NCBI GenBank assembly: GCA_001179505.1
Contig: CDMY01000227.1
Location: 614,613 to 678,612, forward strand
Length of the DNA: 64,000 nt
Reading direction: 5' to 3'
From: Vitrella brassicaformis CCMP3155
Lineage: Eukaryota > Protista > Chromerida
Shown here: positions 1 to 12,050 of the stretch, piece after piece
How the letters are laid out: every line of letters begins with the position of its first letter
How positions within the stretch are numbered: position 1 is the first letter of the stretch
Position numbers and translations under genes: made by a program
Notes under the pieces: generated by a model
Databases searched by the model: none
What the model saw: the letters and a program-made list of their open reading frames with translations, nothing else
Told to the model about the DNA's origin: nothing

Positions 1-1335
1 TGTGGGTCGGGGCGGCTGGGGCCACTGTTGTTGTCTGGTGGGCTGGGGGTGGGGGAGGGAGAGGGAGAGTGGGTTGGTGATGGGGCTTTGGTGCGGACGA
101 CCTGGTACACTCTGATTGATTGATAAGGGACACGGAAGACGGAGAGAATGGATGGGGTTTTGTGTTTTCGTGTGTGTTTTCGTGTGTGTGGTCGCCCGTG
201 CCTTTCTTTGGCGAGTTTGAAGATGAGGTCCGCCTCGGTCGTCCCCATCCACCCACTGCTGCTGGACTGGCGGACGGATGCACACACAAACGTACAAGAA
301 GGTCAGGCCGCTCTCCCCATCTCTCCCTCCCTCTCGTCTGTCTGTCACCTCCCTCACCCACATTGCTCCACCCACCTCACCCACCTTGCTTGAGTCGTGA
401 AGGCTCTCGACGTACATGAAGAACGTGACGGCGTCGTATCTGAGCATGTAGTGGAGCATCTTCCTGACCTCCCCGATGGCCTTGATGAGCGACTCCACCT
501 CCGGCCCCAGCTTGTTCCACACGGGATCGCACTTGTCCCGCAGCTGCACCTCAAACGCCTTGAACAGGCAGTCACCCACCGTGGCGATGCCCTCCAGGTC
601 GACCACCTTGTTGCGCTTGAGCTTCTCCAGGCCGCCCTGCAGCAGCTTGACCACGGCATGCTGCATCGAGCGCACGCTGTCCGTCAGAGGCAGCTGCACC
701 TCCTCGGTGTCAGGCTCAGCCAAGCCGCCCAGGGTGTGGCTGACGTCAGATTGGATGCGGGGAAAGAGGTGCAGGCGTGTGACGGCGAGGGCCTTCATGA
801 CCTTCTCGACGGCTGCAAAGCCTCGCATGAGCATCTCAGGGCGGTCGGTGAGGCCCTTGATGAAGCCCCGCTTGTTGCGCTTGCGGAAGAGGCGAATAAT
901 GAAGGCCTCGTTCCAGCGGTCCGTCAGGGTGTGGGCGTGCATCACCAGCAGCCCGTCAATCATCTCGGGCGGCAGCTTGTTCATCAGCAGGTCCGTCACC
1001 AGAATCTGCGACGACACCAGGAAGCACCCGCCCTTGGCGTAGAGGTCGCTGCGCTCGCCCTTGTCGGTCTCGGCGGCGATGGCGTAGATGGGCATGCCGA
1101 TCCCGCCCTCCTGCGCCACTCGCCGCTGGAACACCGTGGTTTCCTCTTTGCTCGCCAGGTTGAGCAGGAAAATGAGTTTGTGGGCGCAGCCGAAGGAGCG
1201 GAGGTAGTGGATGGCCACCGAGTAGAGACCCAGGCCACGGGCGGCCACGACGAGGCAATCGGACTCATTCAGTCGGTCTACTATGCGCTGCTGGAAGCCG
1301 AGAGCCGGACTTTGTTGCTGCCGACGCTCAGCCAT
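1..1335 (-). CDS. ERCC4: DNA repair endonuclease XPF/Rad1, N-terminal helicase-like part; exons 1335-385, 266-202, 111-<1; continues beyond window
   Basis: Manual translation (not in the ORF track): MAERRQQ...LYAKGGCFLVSSQILVTDLLMNKLPPEMIDGLLVMHAH...EAFIIRLFRKRNKRGFIKGLTD...VEKVMKALAVTRLHLFPR. This matches the XPF signature (YTQGGVIFATSRILVVDFL...[22 protein letters not shown]). Splice phases are consistent. Confidence 0.92.
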   Translation of the reverse strand, partial: MAERRQQQSPALGFQQRIVDRLNESDCLVVAARGLGLYSVAIHYLRSFGCAHKLIFLLNLASKEETTVFQRRVAQEGGIGMPIYAIAAETDKGERSDLYAKGGCFLVSSQILVTDLLMNKLPPEMIDGLLVMHAHTLTDRWNEAFIIRLFRKRNKRGFIKGLTDRPEMLMRGFAAVEKVMKALAVTRLHLFPRIQSDVSHTLGGLAEPDTEEVQLPLTDSVRSMQHAVVKLLQGGLEKLKRNKVVDLEGIATVGDCLFKAFEVQLRDKCDPVWNKLGPEVESLIKAIGEVRKMLHYMLRYDAVTFFMYVESLHDSSKVGEVGGAMWVREVTDRREGGRDGESGLTFLYVCVCIRPPVQQQWVDGDDRGGPHLQTRQRKARATTHTKTHTKTQNPIHSLRLPCPLSINQSVPGRPHQSPITNPLSLSLPHPQPTRQQQWPQPPRPT

Positions 1336-1541
1336 GCTCAGAGGGAGTCAAATGGGCATCTATAGATCAACGCTGTCGCAGCGGTCGGGATGGTGTGATC
1401 TCTCACCGCGGAGTCGCCTCATCCCCGAACCCAAGAAACCCTGGACCCAAGAAACCCTGCTCTCTTCCACCAGATCGTCCCGGGCATCCTCCAGTTTTTT
1501 GACTCATCGTCCTGCTTGTCTGAGCCGCAGGTGTTGTGCAG

Positions 1542-2238
1542 ATGGACGAGAGATGTGACCAGTTCTTCAGCGATGCCCAATCACTGACCCAGCAGGCGAC
1601 AGTGCTCAACAGCAAGGTCTCCAAGGACCTCGGCAAGCTGCGGCGCTTCCTAATGAAGAACCAGGAGCACCGCTTCACTCCCAAGGCGCAGCAGCGGCTG
1701 TTCGATACTATTGGAATCTATGTCACCTGGGTCAAGAGGACCGAGATGGGCGCAGGTAATGAGGATTCCGTGTCAGCCGTGCTGGATGTGGTCAAGGACG
1801 CGCTGGCCATGCCCTTCACAGGTGGGTGGGTGCGACGGGCAAGGAAGCACCAGATGGAACAGAGAGAGTTCTCCCTTTCATTCGGTTTGTCTGGTCTGTC
1901 CTGTCTGTCATGCAGTGTTTGGCACAAAGCACAAGACCACACTGCTCCAGTGGCACGACCATCTCACCGCAGCAATAGCCGACCGTCCTGGCGGATCCGG
2001 TGGCGACGGGACGGAAGACGCGGCGCAAGAGTATCAAGCGCTGAGCCTGGATGAGGGAGGCCAGTGCGTGACGGTGTGGGACGAGTCTGCAGAGGCGACG
2101 CTCGAGGGGATAAATGTGCGGGACGAGGCCATGCGGGGGCGGGTGAAGGTTGGGATTGACGAGGGGAAGATGGTCCATGTGCGAGTGGGGCTTAAGGACA
2201 GAACAGTGCTGAGTGTGAGGGTGGAGGAGGGGGACTGA
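1542..2238 (+). CDS. Hypothetical protein, at least 2 exons (~1542-1821, ~1916-2238)
   Basis: Coding-like open frames MDERCDQFFSD...LAMPFT and VFGTKHKTTLLQWHDH...VRVEEGD* are joined by a GT-AG intron. No family recognised; the start may lie further upstream. Confidence 0.6.
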
Positions 2239-2545
2239 CTAGCCTGGTCAGTGAGTGAGATTAGATTGCCAGGGAGAAAGGCAATTGATCAACATTTAGT
2301 GAATGCTCCAGAACAGATCAGACCAAGGTGGGTGCATTCAAGCTTTTGGTGTCTTCCCGCTGAAGGCAATCATGTCCCCCCAGATAGAACCTGCTTGTCT
2401 CCCTCACGTAGCACAGTACCGCACCCAGAGAGCACACACACACGCAGACGGACAGCGTCACGCAAGAGAAGCGAACAAATATGACGGAAGAGAGACACAA
2501 GAAGACATCACACGCACATCCATCACGACAATCTCTGGTAGCAGG

Positions 2546-4755
2546 CTACGCCAGTCCCATAAGACTCTCGTGCATCCCCACGAACGCCTGCAAAGCGCCC
2601 CGGCATCGTTCAACCGGTGCCCTCGCACGGCCGCAGGGTGGGGTATACGAGGCATTCGATGAACCTGTCCGCCACCTCATGGGGTCAAGCCCTGCTGTCG
2701 CAATCCTTACGCGCGACCGCATTACACTTCCCGGCTTGCGGTGAAGGTGGAGAGGCTCAACGAGGGGTCCGTCGGTGGGTGTGTGTACGAGTGGGGGGTT
2801 GGTCATGGTGCCGCATCCCGCGCCCCGATAGTTTCTGGGGGGAGCAGATGGGGGCGGCCGTGCAGTGGCCAGGGCGGAGTTGATCAGATCAGTGAGGGGA
2901 AACAGGAGGTCTGGCGGGCCGTCGTTGCTGCAGGCTGTGACTCCGGCCGCCCACTCGTGGACCTTGTGGACAGAGGGGTCATAATGCGGCATGGTGCCGG
3001 GCAGGATACCTGCGGAATCGGCCAGTTCTATCAGCTCGCTCCTCAGCGCCCTCATCTGTAGTCTCTCGACAGTCGACAAGTCTCGGAACTTGTCGACCTT
3101 CTCCGAGTTGCTCCGATCAGCGTCCGCAGCGCCCGGGGGGCCCCTCTCGCTGATGGGCGGCAGAAGGCCGGGCGACCCCTCTCGCATTGACATCGGTCCC
3201 GTGTCGGCCGTCTCCATCTCACGCCAAAACACGTCTTGTGTGTCGCTGAAGCGTGCTGACGACGAGGGGGGCATCAGGGCCAATACATCTTCGGGAGGCT
3301 CGTCACACAGTCGGAATGTCTGGAAGGGGCGAAACATGCACGGCCATGCCGGCCAGATGCGATGCGTGGGCCTTGGCTGGTCGTCCTGGCTATGTGTGTA
3401 GTGTGCACCTCTTGCGAGATCATCTTGGCACGCGGCGGGCTGCGGAAGGTCTTTGAGCTCCTGGTGCTCACACTGACTCCAGACTTGCGCAGACGATCGT
3501 CACGCAGGGATGTCCAGGTGCTCATCATACTGTCGCATAGAGACCCTGATGAAAGGCATACAAACAACCGACATCCACACAGCGGGGTGGTTGTGTCAGT
3601 ATGCTCGCTCGTCGCGACCGACCCCACCTGAGTATGGCGTGATGGCGAGAAACCGCTCCATGACTGTCGCAGGCGCAGAGGGGGAGGGGTTGCTGAGAGC
3701 CCTGTAATAAGACCGCTGGCCGACCGGCCGCGACTTGGGCGTCACCAGAGGCGTCAGGTCTGACAAATCGGTACCCAGCCGGAGTCGAGGACGCTCTGTC
3801 AGGCCCTGCATTCACCGCACGAACAAAGCTGTGATGACCCACACCATTCCACTCGGCCATGTGAAGCACATGAACCCACCTGTTCGTCTTTCACACGCCG
3901 AAAGTCGTCGACCACCGAAGGGCTCGACGTCAGCACCTCGGATAAACTGAACCGCCCAGCTGGGACGTCCCCCGCCGCCCTTTTATCCTCCCTCCGGTCC
4001 CTCCACGAGCCGCTCCGTCTAGGCTGCCTTCTCATTGCGAAGCGCCGCCCACTCTGGCTCAAAACGGGCTCTTCACGCCCCGGAGGGCCTCTCTTGAGCT
4101 TCACGCGATAACGAAAGGGCACGTCTGCAGCCGGCGGTGGCTCCAAAGGGGCCTCTGCTGCTTCTGACGGCCTCTCCCCCTCAGCTTGCAGTGGGCTCTT
4201 GTCTTCTTCCATCTGCTCTTGCCCATCCTCCAGCTGCTTCTCCCTCTCCCCGTCTCCTCCGTCGCCCAGTCTGAGTCTCTCCTGAATTTCAATCGAGGAA
4301 GTGGGCGCGAGCTCCCCCACGTCCAGCAAGAGCGCAGGCAGGCGCTGGCTGGGCTGCGTCGACGACCTTTTGCCGTTGTCTTGACTGGGCCTCGCGAAGG
4401 CAAGAGACCTCGACCGCTGGGAGAAGACGGAGCCATGTGTGGCTGGGGTACTGATGACTGTGGCTCGGCTGCTCGGGGCCCTTGACCGCCGCGCGCCTGC
4501 TGTCGTCGCCTGTTTGGCCGCCTTCTTAGCGCTTTGTTGGAGGGCATGGAGGCAGCTGGCGAATGCGCTGAGCTGCGTTTGGCCTCCCCTCGATATAAGG
4601 TGGTTGATGACCTCCACATGGAGGACTTTGCCTGGCTTTCCCTCTGAGAACATCACCCTCTCTGCTAACCACGACGAGGTAACAAACAACAACAAACCGG
4701 GAGGCGATCGTCGAGATGTACGGAGATAAAGGACCGTGACGAGGGTTTGACGCAC
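2546..4755 (-). CDS. Hypothetical Ser/Arg/Pro-rich low-complexity protein (multi-exon, boundaries uncertain)
   Basis: Successive minus-strand open frames (4755-3799, ~3800-3620, ~3545-3400, 3337-2546) separated by plausible GT-AG introns; no domain recognised. Confidence 0.4.
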
Positions 4756-4888
4756 TGAAAAACTCTACGTCCTGCTGAGCCAAGAGGACTTCTCTGAGCA
4801 AAGATCACTCGAGAAGGAGCCAGCTCCCGAGGTGACAAAGCCTCTCCACGGCGCTTCTCATTGTTCTCACGTGGGGTTGGAGAGAAGG

Positions 4889-6754
4889 ATGGCACTGCTG
4901 TGGTGGGAGATCTTCATCGTGGTTTTCTTTGTGTTGGCGGTGCTCCTGCCTGCCGCCGTCATCGCGTTCAAGGTATACGCAGCGGGGGGGACGGTGGTCT
5001 GGCAGGCGCTCACCTTCTCTGTGAGTCTCGCGTGTGTGTGCGTGCAGCCACAGTGGGTGTTTTTCAGCAGGGGAGCGAAGAAATCCAACGCCGAGACCAT
5101 CAATCTTGTCAGGTGCGGTGCGTCCTGGAGATGAGAATGGCCGCGGCAAACACGGCCCCCACGCACACCCATGATGATGTGCTTGACCATGTGTCACTGT
5201 GTATGTCTTGCTTGTCTGTGCGTGGCTGACAGGACCTTCATGACGCACTATTCCCTCCCTCTCGGCATGGATCCCTTGCACCGACAGCTGTGTCTCGCTT
5301 TCATGGACCCCTTCGTCAAGGTGAGGGAGAGGTCACCAAGCCAAGACACGTGTCTTCGCCATGTGTATTGCAGACGGTATACTCGTTGTTTGCCATCCTC
5401 CCCGACCCCTGGATGGTGGCAATATGCCGGGCGGTTGACGCGTTCCCAGGCAACACTCTCAGATATATCCTCCACGCCATTATTGGTAGGCACATGGGCA
5501 TATCACGAGGGACACACACGCACCGGCATCCGTCAATCGTTTCCCTACTGCAGGCCGCACCCACCTGATTGATCATGTAGTAACCGAAGGCATCAAGCGT
5601 GCCGGCCTGGGGCGATGTCAGTGGGTCTTGCTTGGCGCAGGTAACAAGACACGCTCGACAGACAGACAGACAGACGGACAGACGGACAGGCAGATCGACG
5701 TACCGTCACCCACGATTGTTGTCCTGTCCTGTCTCTCTGTCTGTTGCCATGCCATGCAGGCTACGATAATCGCACGTACAGGATGGCCCCCCTGAGGCAG
5801 GCGTATCAAGTTGCCACGTTTGAGGTCGACCAGGAGCCCCTGCAGCAGGACAAACTGAGGCGATTGAGGAAGGTAGGTAGGTCGACAGGAAACCTGCTGA
5901 TGGGATGGGATGGCCCACGGCTGATGTCGGTCGGTTTGTGTTGGTTCCTTCATTCAGTGTGCGGCGGTGCCTCCCTCTGCTTATGAGGATGTCAAGTACG
6001 TGACATGTAACTTCAACACCGAGCGCGTGCAGGACGTCCTCCTCTCCGCCAACTACCAGCCGGGCAAGCGCACCATCTTCCTCCTTGAAGGCGTCTCCAT
6101 GTACCTCACCAAGGAAGGCTTCGCGCAGACCCTCGCCGCCATCAAGGAGCTGTGCCCGGACGACTGCACCCTCACTTTCGACTACGTTGACGAGCGGGTC
6201 ATCAACGCATACAACGGCCGCACCGACATCGTGGATCCCCCCACGCCCCCCCTCGGCAGCCCCAGGAGCGTCGAATCCACCACACTCGACGAGGGAATGA
6301 GCGACTGTGAGGAAGGCGCGATGGTCGTCGACAAGAAGACGGCTGCGAGCAAGAAGGAGGAGGTGGCCAGCCGTGCGTCGACCCCCTTGACAGCTGAGGA
6401 GCGCCGGTATGGTGTGCAGTACTGCTCGGTGCTCGAGAGGAACCAGACGCCCGTCACCTTCGGGCTGGACCCGTCGCGACTGGAGACACAGATGGCTGGT
6501 GGGTGGGTGGGTGAGACAGGAGAACGAAGAGAGGATGTCATTCATTGTGCCCACCTTAATTGTGTCGTTGTGTGGGTGTGCATTCAGAGCATGGGTATGA
6601 GATCGTGCAGCACTGGTCTCCCGATGAGCTGGCGCAGCAGTTCCTCAAGTGGCCTGGCGGCAAGGAGAGCAAACATGGGGGCGAGATCGTATCACGGGCG
6701 TGCACCTACTTTTACTATTGCACTGTCCGGCCGGTCAGGGGGAGTGCCGTGTGA
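4889..6754 (+). CDS. LCM-family class I SAM-dependent methyltransferase with N-terminal hydrophobic anchor
   Basis: Exons encode AGYDNRTYRM, ATFEVDQEPLQQDK, YVTCNF and TIFLLEGVSMYLT...LTFDY, matching the LCM/TIGR00027-type motifs (GLDTRAYRL, FEVD, EGLLMYL). The N-terminus MALLWWEIFIVVFFVLAVLL is hydrophobic. Confidence 0.8.
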
Positions 6755-7968
6755 CACACAAACAACACGCGTGCGGGCCTTTTGTTCTTTCTTTCGATCT
6801 TTCTTTCTGGATGTGTGTATGGCGACTCCTTTTTGATGCATACCCTGCCTACATCCACACACACTTACTCGTAAGCGAGTGCAAGCTTTGGTGTTTTCTT
6901 CTTTCCTTTTGGGTCTTTTGGGGGGCAGAAAGAATAGCCAGTCGATCACGTTGATGCATGCTTCGTCCGTTGGTTGTTGTTGTGGTGCGCGTCTAGTGCG
7001 TGTGTGTTGGTTTTGGTCTTCTCTCTGTGGCGGTGTCTATGCTGGATGGATTCCTGCTGAGCGAGGCGAGACAGACAACATCTCTGCGTGTGGCCCAGTC
7101 ATGGCGTATGTGTGTACTCACGTCACGTCTTGTACAGACAGACAGACAGGCTGATGATTCCCACGGCAGAGACGCATCATAAGGGCGTGGGAGAGGGGAA
7201 TATGTATGGTTTTCATACGGTGTTTTCGCGGGAAAGGATATACGGAATGCAATGCGCCCATTTGTTTTGTCAAGACCGGCCTGTGGCGTGTGCGCACTCA
7301 TTCCTACCTACATGTGTTCTCTCTCCGTGTGTGTGGGTGTGTGGGGGGGGATCTGAATTTGATCTTCTTGATACCGTGAGCTTTGCGACGCTCGCAAGCG
7401 TAAGTTTGTTGGCCACATAATCCATACAAGGACGGGTTTGGGGTTGGGGGGATGGGATATAGAAAGACAGCATGACGTTCATGTGCCAGCCAGCCTACCT
7501 GCCTCACTGACACCCTGCCAGTATGCGTCATCCTGCGTGCCAGTTTTCCGCTTGTGTGTGTGTGTGTGTTTGTACGTGCCCCCTCAAGTTTGTTTTTGCA
7601 AGCCTTCTTTTCTTTTCGTCTTTAGTGGGGGTCTTCCTTTATACGACAAAACAATCAATACAGTCAGTGGCTGGCAGGCAGGCAGGCAGCTTGGCCAGTC
7701 AAGGCAGGCGGACTAGCCAACTAGTTAGTGTCTTACATCACTTAAGTACATGTGTGTATTGATTGCAAGTGTGTGGTAGGTGTTCATTCATGTCATGTCC
7801 ATGTCCGTGTGCATGTGCTGCATGTGAGTCTCGTGTCAATCAGCAGACCCATTCATTCATTCATGCCAGCCAATCGTATGTATGTACAGTACAACAGAGA
7901 CAGACGAGCCAAAAGAACCCACCCACCATGCAATGCAGCCCCCCGCCGTTCAGTCAGTCCACTCAAAC

Positions 7969-8760
7969 TCAAACATCATCAGCTGTCTGCTCCCCGCCGC
8001 CTCGCTCGTCATCGTGCATGTTGGCAGGCACAGCGTCAGGCTGCAGCCGCCGGTGCCGCTTCTCGTCGGGCGCATTCGGATTCCCACGCGCATAGAAGCG
8101 CTGCAGCAGTGCAATCGCCTCATTCCCCAGCAGCCCGCCCTGGCAACCCAGCCCCGGCCAGCTCTCGCTCACCCACTCGTGAATCGACATCCCCGGCACA
8201 GACCCGCAGCCACCGAACCGCTCGTTGGCGCACCCGTAGAAGACCTTCTTCAGCCCCAGGCACTGCAAAGCCGCCGCACACATGATGCACGGCTCCACCG
8301 TCACGTAAAGCGCCAGGGAGCCGAACACGGCACGTGCCCGATGCAGCGTCTGGTCGGGCGGCGAGAGGTCCTCCGACACAGCCGGAGGGACGAGGGATGG
8401 GAGAGGTCTTGTCGAGGGCTGGTGGCTATGGCCGTGGTGGTGGTGATGATGGGCATGGTGCACGTGGTGGTGCTGCCTGTGTGGCCTTTGGAGGATCTCG
8501 TCGGCAGCCACCATCTCGCAGTGGCGCGAGGCGTTCCGCGAGCGGTTGGTGTCGTTGTAGGCGCGTGCGACTATGGATCCGGTTGGCTGGTGGACGATGA
8601 CGCACCCCACGGGCACCTCCCCTGCCTCCAGAGCCTTGTTGGCCTCCTCGAGAGCGGCGCGCATGAAGCGTTCGTCTGGGCTGAGATCTTCCTCCACCGA
8701 TGGGACATCGGTGCCCTCACAAGAAAGGGAAGGTTGCTGAAAAGACTGCGCAGCAGCCAT
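7969..8760 (-). CDS. ADAT2: tRNA-specific adenosine-34 deaminase catalytic subunit TAD2/ADAT2
   Basis: Single-exon ORF: GEVPVGCVIV, NASRHCEMVA (H-x-E), VTVEPCIMCAAAL (PCxxC), FYGCANERFGGCGSV, ALLQRFYARGNPNAP. Confidence 0.92.
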   Translation of the reverse strand: MAAAQSFQQPSLSCEGTDVPSVEEDLSPDERFMRAALEEANKALEAGEVPVGCVIVHQPTGSIVARAYNDTNRSRNASRHCEMVAADEILQRPHRQHHHVHHAHHHHHHGHSHQPSTRPLPSLVPPAVSEDLSPPDQTLHRARAVFGSLALYVTVEPCIMCAAALQCLGLKKVFYGCANERFGGCGSVPGMSIHEWVSESWPGLGCQGGLLGNEAIALLQRFYARGNPNAPDEKRHRRLQPDAVPANMHDDERGGGEQTADDV

Positions 8761-9514
8761 TCTCTTCCGGTAGCGAGGGGAGCTTGCAGATGGAGAAGAT
8801 CGACGTGCGATCGGAGGATTGTATCCATTGCAGGTGCCAAGTGATCTGGACGACGGCCTTCTTCAATCTGTATGTCCACGCACGTGGGAAGAGAAGACGA
8901 ACGCCCACTTGCACACCCCTTCCACAACACTATCTGTTCGTTTGTCTGCCTTTGTGGACTCCAGGTCTGTCATCGAGAAGACGGCTAGGCCAGGCCTGTC
9001 AGAGAATGTCAAAACAGAACACTAGCGCAGGGTGTGCGTATCGCAAGAATATATTGCCGCAGCAGATAGACAGAGAGATGGAGTACACCGACAGACATCC
9101 CTGTCTGCGCATCGCATGCAAAGCAAAGCAGAGAGAGGCACTTCCTTCCCAGCACTCACTCACCCGTCCCATCCGAATGATTCCATGTACCATCATCCAT
9201 CACACACGCATGGCATGAAACCGCTTTCCATACGCACACACCATGGAAAGAGGAAGAGGAGGACACCTCTTGGCCCTCTCATCCTTCCAGCAGCACAGAA
9301 AGCATCCAAGAAGGCATCAGCCACCAACTGACTGACTGACTCGCAGCATCAGCCGACCACAGGCATCGACACCAGGTGGACCAATATAGAGTAGACTCAC
9401 ACGGCAACTCGACAGGAAAAGGCGCCCCGCTTGTCCCTCTCATCCCTGCAGCATCATAGACGACGACAGACACAGCAGCTGGAAGTCTGAATTGCTGTGC
9501 ACATCCGAGCCCGA

Positions 9515-10567
9515 CTATCCCCACCTGCGTGTTGTCCTGCGACTCAGGCGCACAAGTGCTTTGCGTCTCCACATAACGGCTACCTGAACAGACTGACAAG
9601 CGACAACACACACACTCCATCCACGAACATCACTGCAGGCGAACGAAAAGCGGCTACGCGTCTCTTTCACACCTCTTGCCGTCTTGACACGTTTCGCAGG
9701 TCGCTCAAACTCGAATATTTCCGCGTCACAGCACAGTTTGCATTGCCACTTTTCCATGGCAATCACCATCTCCCCGACAAGCCGCGCATCGCGTTGGGCC
9801 TCCAGCTGGGGCTTGTACGCCTTCTGTTGCCCGTCGGGGAGGCACAGCCGGGCATGCATGTCATGACGCGTCAGCCACCGCAACTTGCCCGCAAGTCGGC
9901 CGAAGCTGAAACTCTCGAGGTTCTGACCGAGAAAGCGTCACAGCGTCACACAACCATTCAGTGTGCGTCCGTGTCAAGACACAGAAACGGAGGTCGGTGA
10001 GCCTACCTGGAACTCCGAATGGACCGAGTCTCGAAGCTTGATAAGCACCTTCTCCGCCATTGTATCGATCACTCGGGGTGAGGAAAGGGCTTCCCGCAGC
10101 TCAGCCACGATTTTCTCCGCAAAATTGTGCTCCACCATCTCGTTCAGAATCGTTTGCACATGGAAGTCCACGTTGTGGGCCGCAATGAAGCACCCAGCCG
10201 CATGCGCGTCGTTGAGCACCTTCGCTATGCGCTCCAAGGCCGTCACGCGAGGGACACCCTTGTCCTCCACAATGTCGTCCGTGATGCCATGCTTGGCCTC
10301 CGCTTCCTTGGCACACGTGACGCCGTCGATTGGCTTGAGGTAGAGGGACTGCGAGGTCAGTCGGTTGGCACCCGCGTCGTAGCTGACCCAACCAAACTGG
10401 ATAAGTCGGCAGGAGCTGAAGTTCCAATTCCTCGGAAGATCTGTGGTTTCTAAACATATGACCAAGCAAACCCAACAACTCAACAACACCATCCCTGCCC
10501 GCCGTTTCCTCCTCATCTGTGTGCACACCCGTATCGAAGCAGAGCAGTGTGGCTTTTGGATGATCAC
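9515..10567 (-). CDS. DnaQ/DEDDh 3'-5' exonuclease-fold protein with degenerate active site (2+ exons)
   Basis: VICLETTDLP..W...RLIQFGWV, HGIT, IAAHNVDFH, IDTM, then after an intron RWLTRHDMHARL...EAQRDARLV follow the DnaQ motif order. Start and end are uncertain. Confidence 0.6.
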
Positions 10568-11312
10568 GAGATGAACGCCTCATGGCCCCTTGGATCCTTC
10601 TTCTCCCTTCCAGAAAGCAAGCTTGAAGGGAACCAGTTTCACCGTTTGCCTGAAGGGAGAAGGTGAAGCTTCTCTTCGGGCAAAGAGCGAAACGATTTCC
10701 TTTGATTCCGAGTAAGGGGCACCCACTGCGTGGGCACCCCGGGCCGCGAATTGGGCGGGGGTCCAAAGCAGCGTGCGAAGTGGCGGTGAATTATGCGTCA
10801 CAGAGACATGCACAGCACGAGTGTTGGCGAGAAGCACACCGACGCATGCAACAATAGCGAGAGTGTCAAAAAAGACAACAATGGCGGGAGCTTGAAAAAC
10901 ATGCAGATCTCGAAGACAGACGTGGCAATAACATGCAGGTACTCAGAGGGCTGCAGTAAGAACACAAGACACGCCCTTGTTGAAGACGTGCTTCGCCAAG
11001 TATATCAATGCATCGATGCATTGATATGTGAACCTATCGATATCCAGCGGTGATATCAATAGACATGTATCAATCTAGCGCGCCTGTTGAAGGGGCTATT
11101 GAAGACTGCCTTCGATGACTGTCAATCGGCTTGTCAATCAAATGGGAGCCGCCAGGGTCAGCCCAACGACGACCTGCACCAGCAACGCAACAAGGTAAAT
11201 GAAATCGGCCACAGCCGCGCCACGTCAGATGAAGCAAGCCCCCTGAGTAGCTTCTCTTCGAGTCGAATCTCTTCACACCCGGTGGTCACTCGATAGATGC
11301 TGCCAGCCTCAC

Positions 11313-11612
11313 NNNNNNNNNNNNNNNNNNNNNNNNNNNNNNNNNNNNNNNNNNNNNNNNNNNNNNNNNNNNNNNNNNNNNNNNNNNNNNNNNNNNNNNN
11401 NNNNNNNNNNNNNNNNNNNNNNNNNNNNNNNNNNNNNNNNNNNNNNNNNNNNNNNNNNNNNNNNNNNNNNNNNNNNNNNNNNNNNNNNNNNNNNNNNNNN
11501 NNNNNNNNNNNNNNNNNNNNNNNNNNNNNNNNNNNNNNNNNNNNNNNNNNNNNNNNNNNNNNNNNNNNNNNNNNNNNNNNNNNNNNNNNNNNNNNNNNNN
11601 NNNNNNNNNNNN
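11313..11612. other. Assembly gap (300 N)
   Basis: Run of N. Confidence 1.
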
Positions 11613-12050
11613 TGAACGGACAAAGGAGAAACATCCCATCCACCACAAACTGGCGCGTTCGTGTGTTCAGTCAGTTGATGCTTCTTCCGTTACGGATCTT
11701 GCTTTTTTAAGAAGTTCGCGCCCAGAGATGTCCTTCAAGCATCAGCGGCTTCATCGAGCACCCTAGACGTCCCGACCGCCAAGCTTTTTCCAATAACTTG
11801 CCGCTTTAGGGCATATCCGTTTGACGGTCACTGATCCAAACGTGACAAAAAACATGAAGCTGTTCGACATATTGGCGTCTCTGTAGTAGTGCGAGCAACA
11901 CATCACCCCTACCGATTTCCCCTTTTTCTTCCATACGATCGCGATCGAACGTTTTGTCTGACCGGACGTGTTGTTTCTTAAAGGCGCAAATCGGGCACTA
12001 GCCCAATTCGCGGACCTCGCAGGAATGGGCTTGCCAAAGAGAAGGAGCGC

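Noticed and set aside
397-1365. 322-aa plus-strand ORF
   Set aside because: Antisense shadow of XPF exon 1, caused by GC-rich codon usage; the minus frame has the homology.
7882-8844. 320-aa plus-strand ORF
   Set aside because: Antisense shadow of TAD2.
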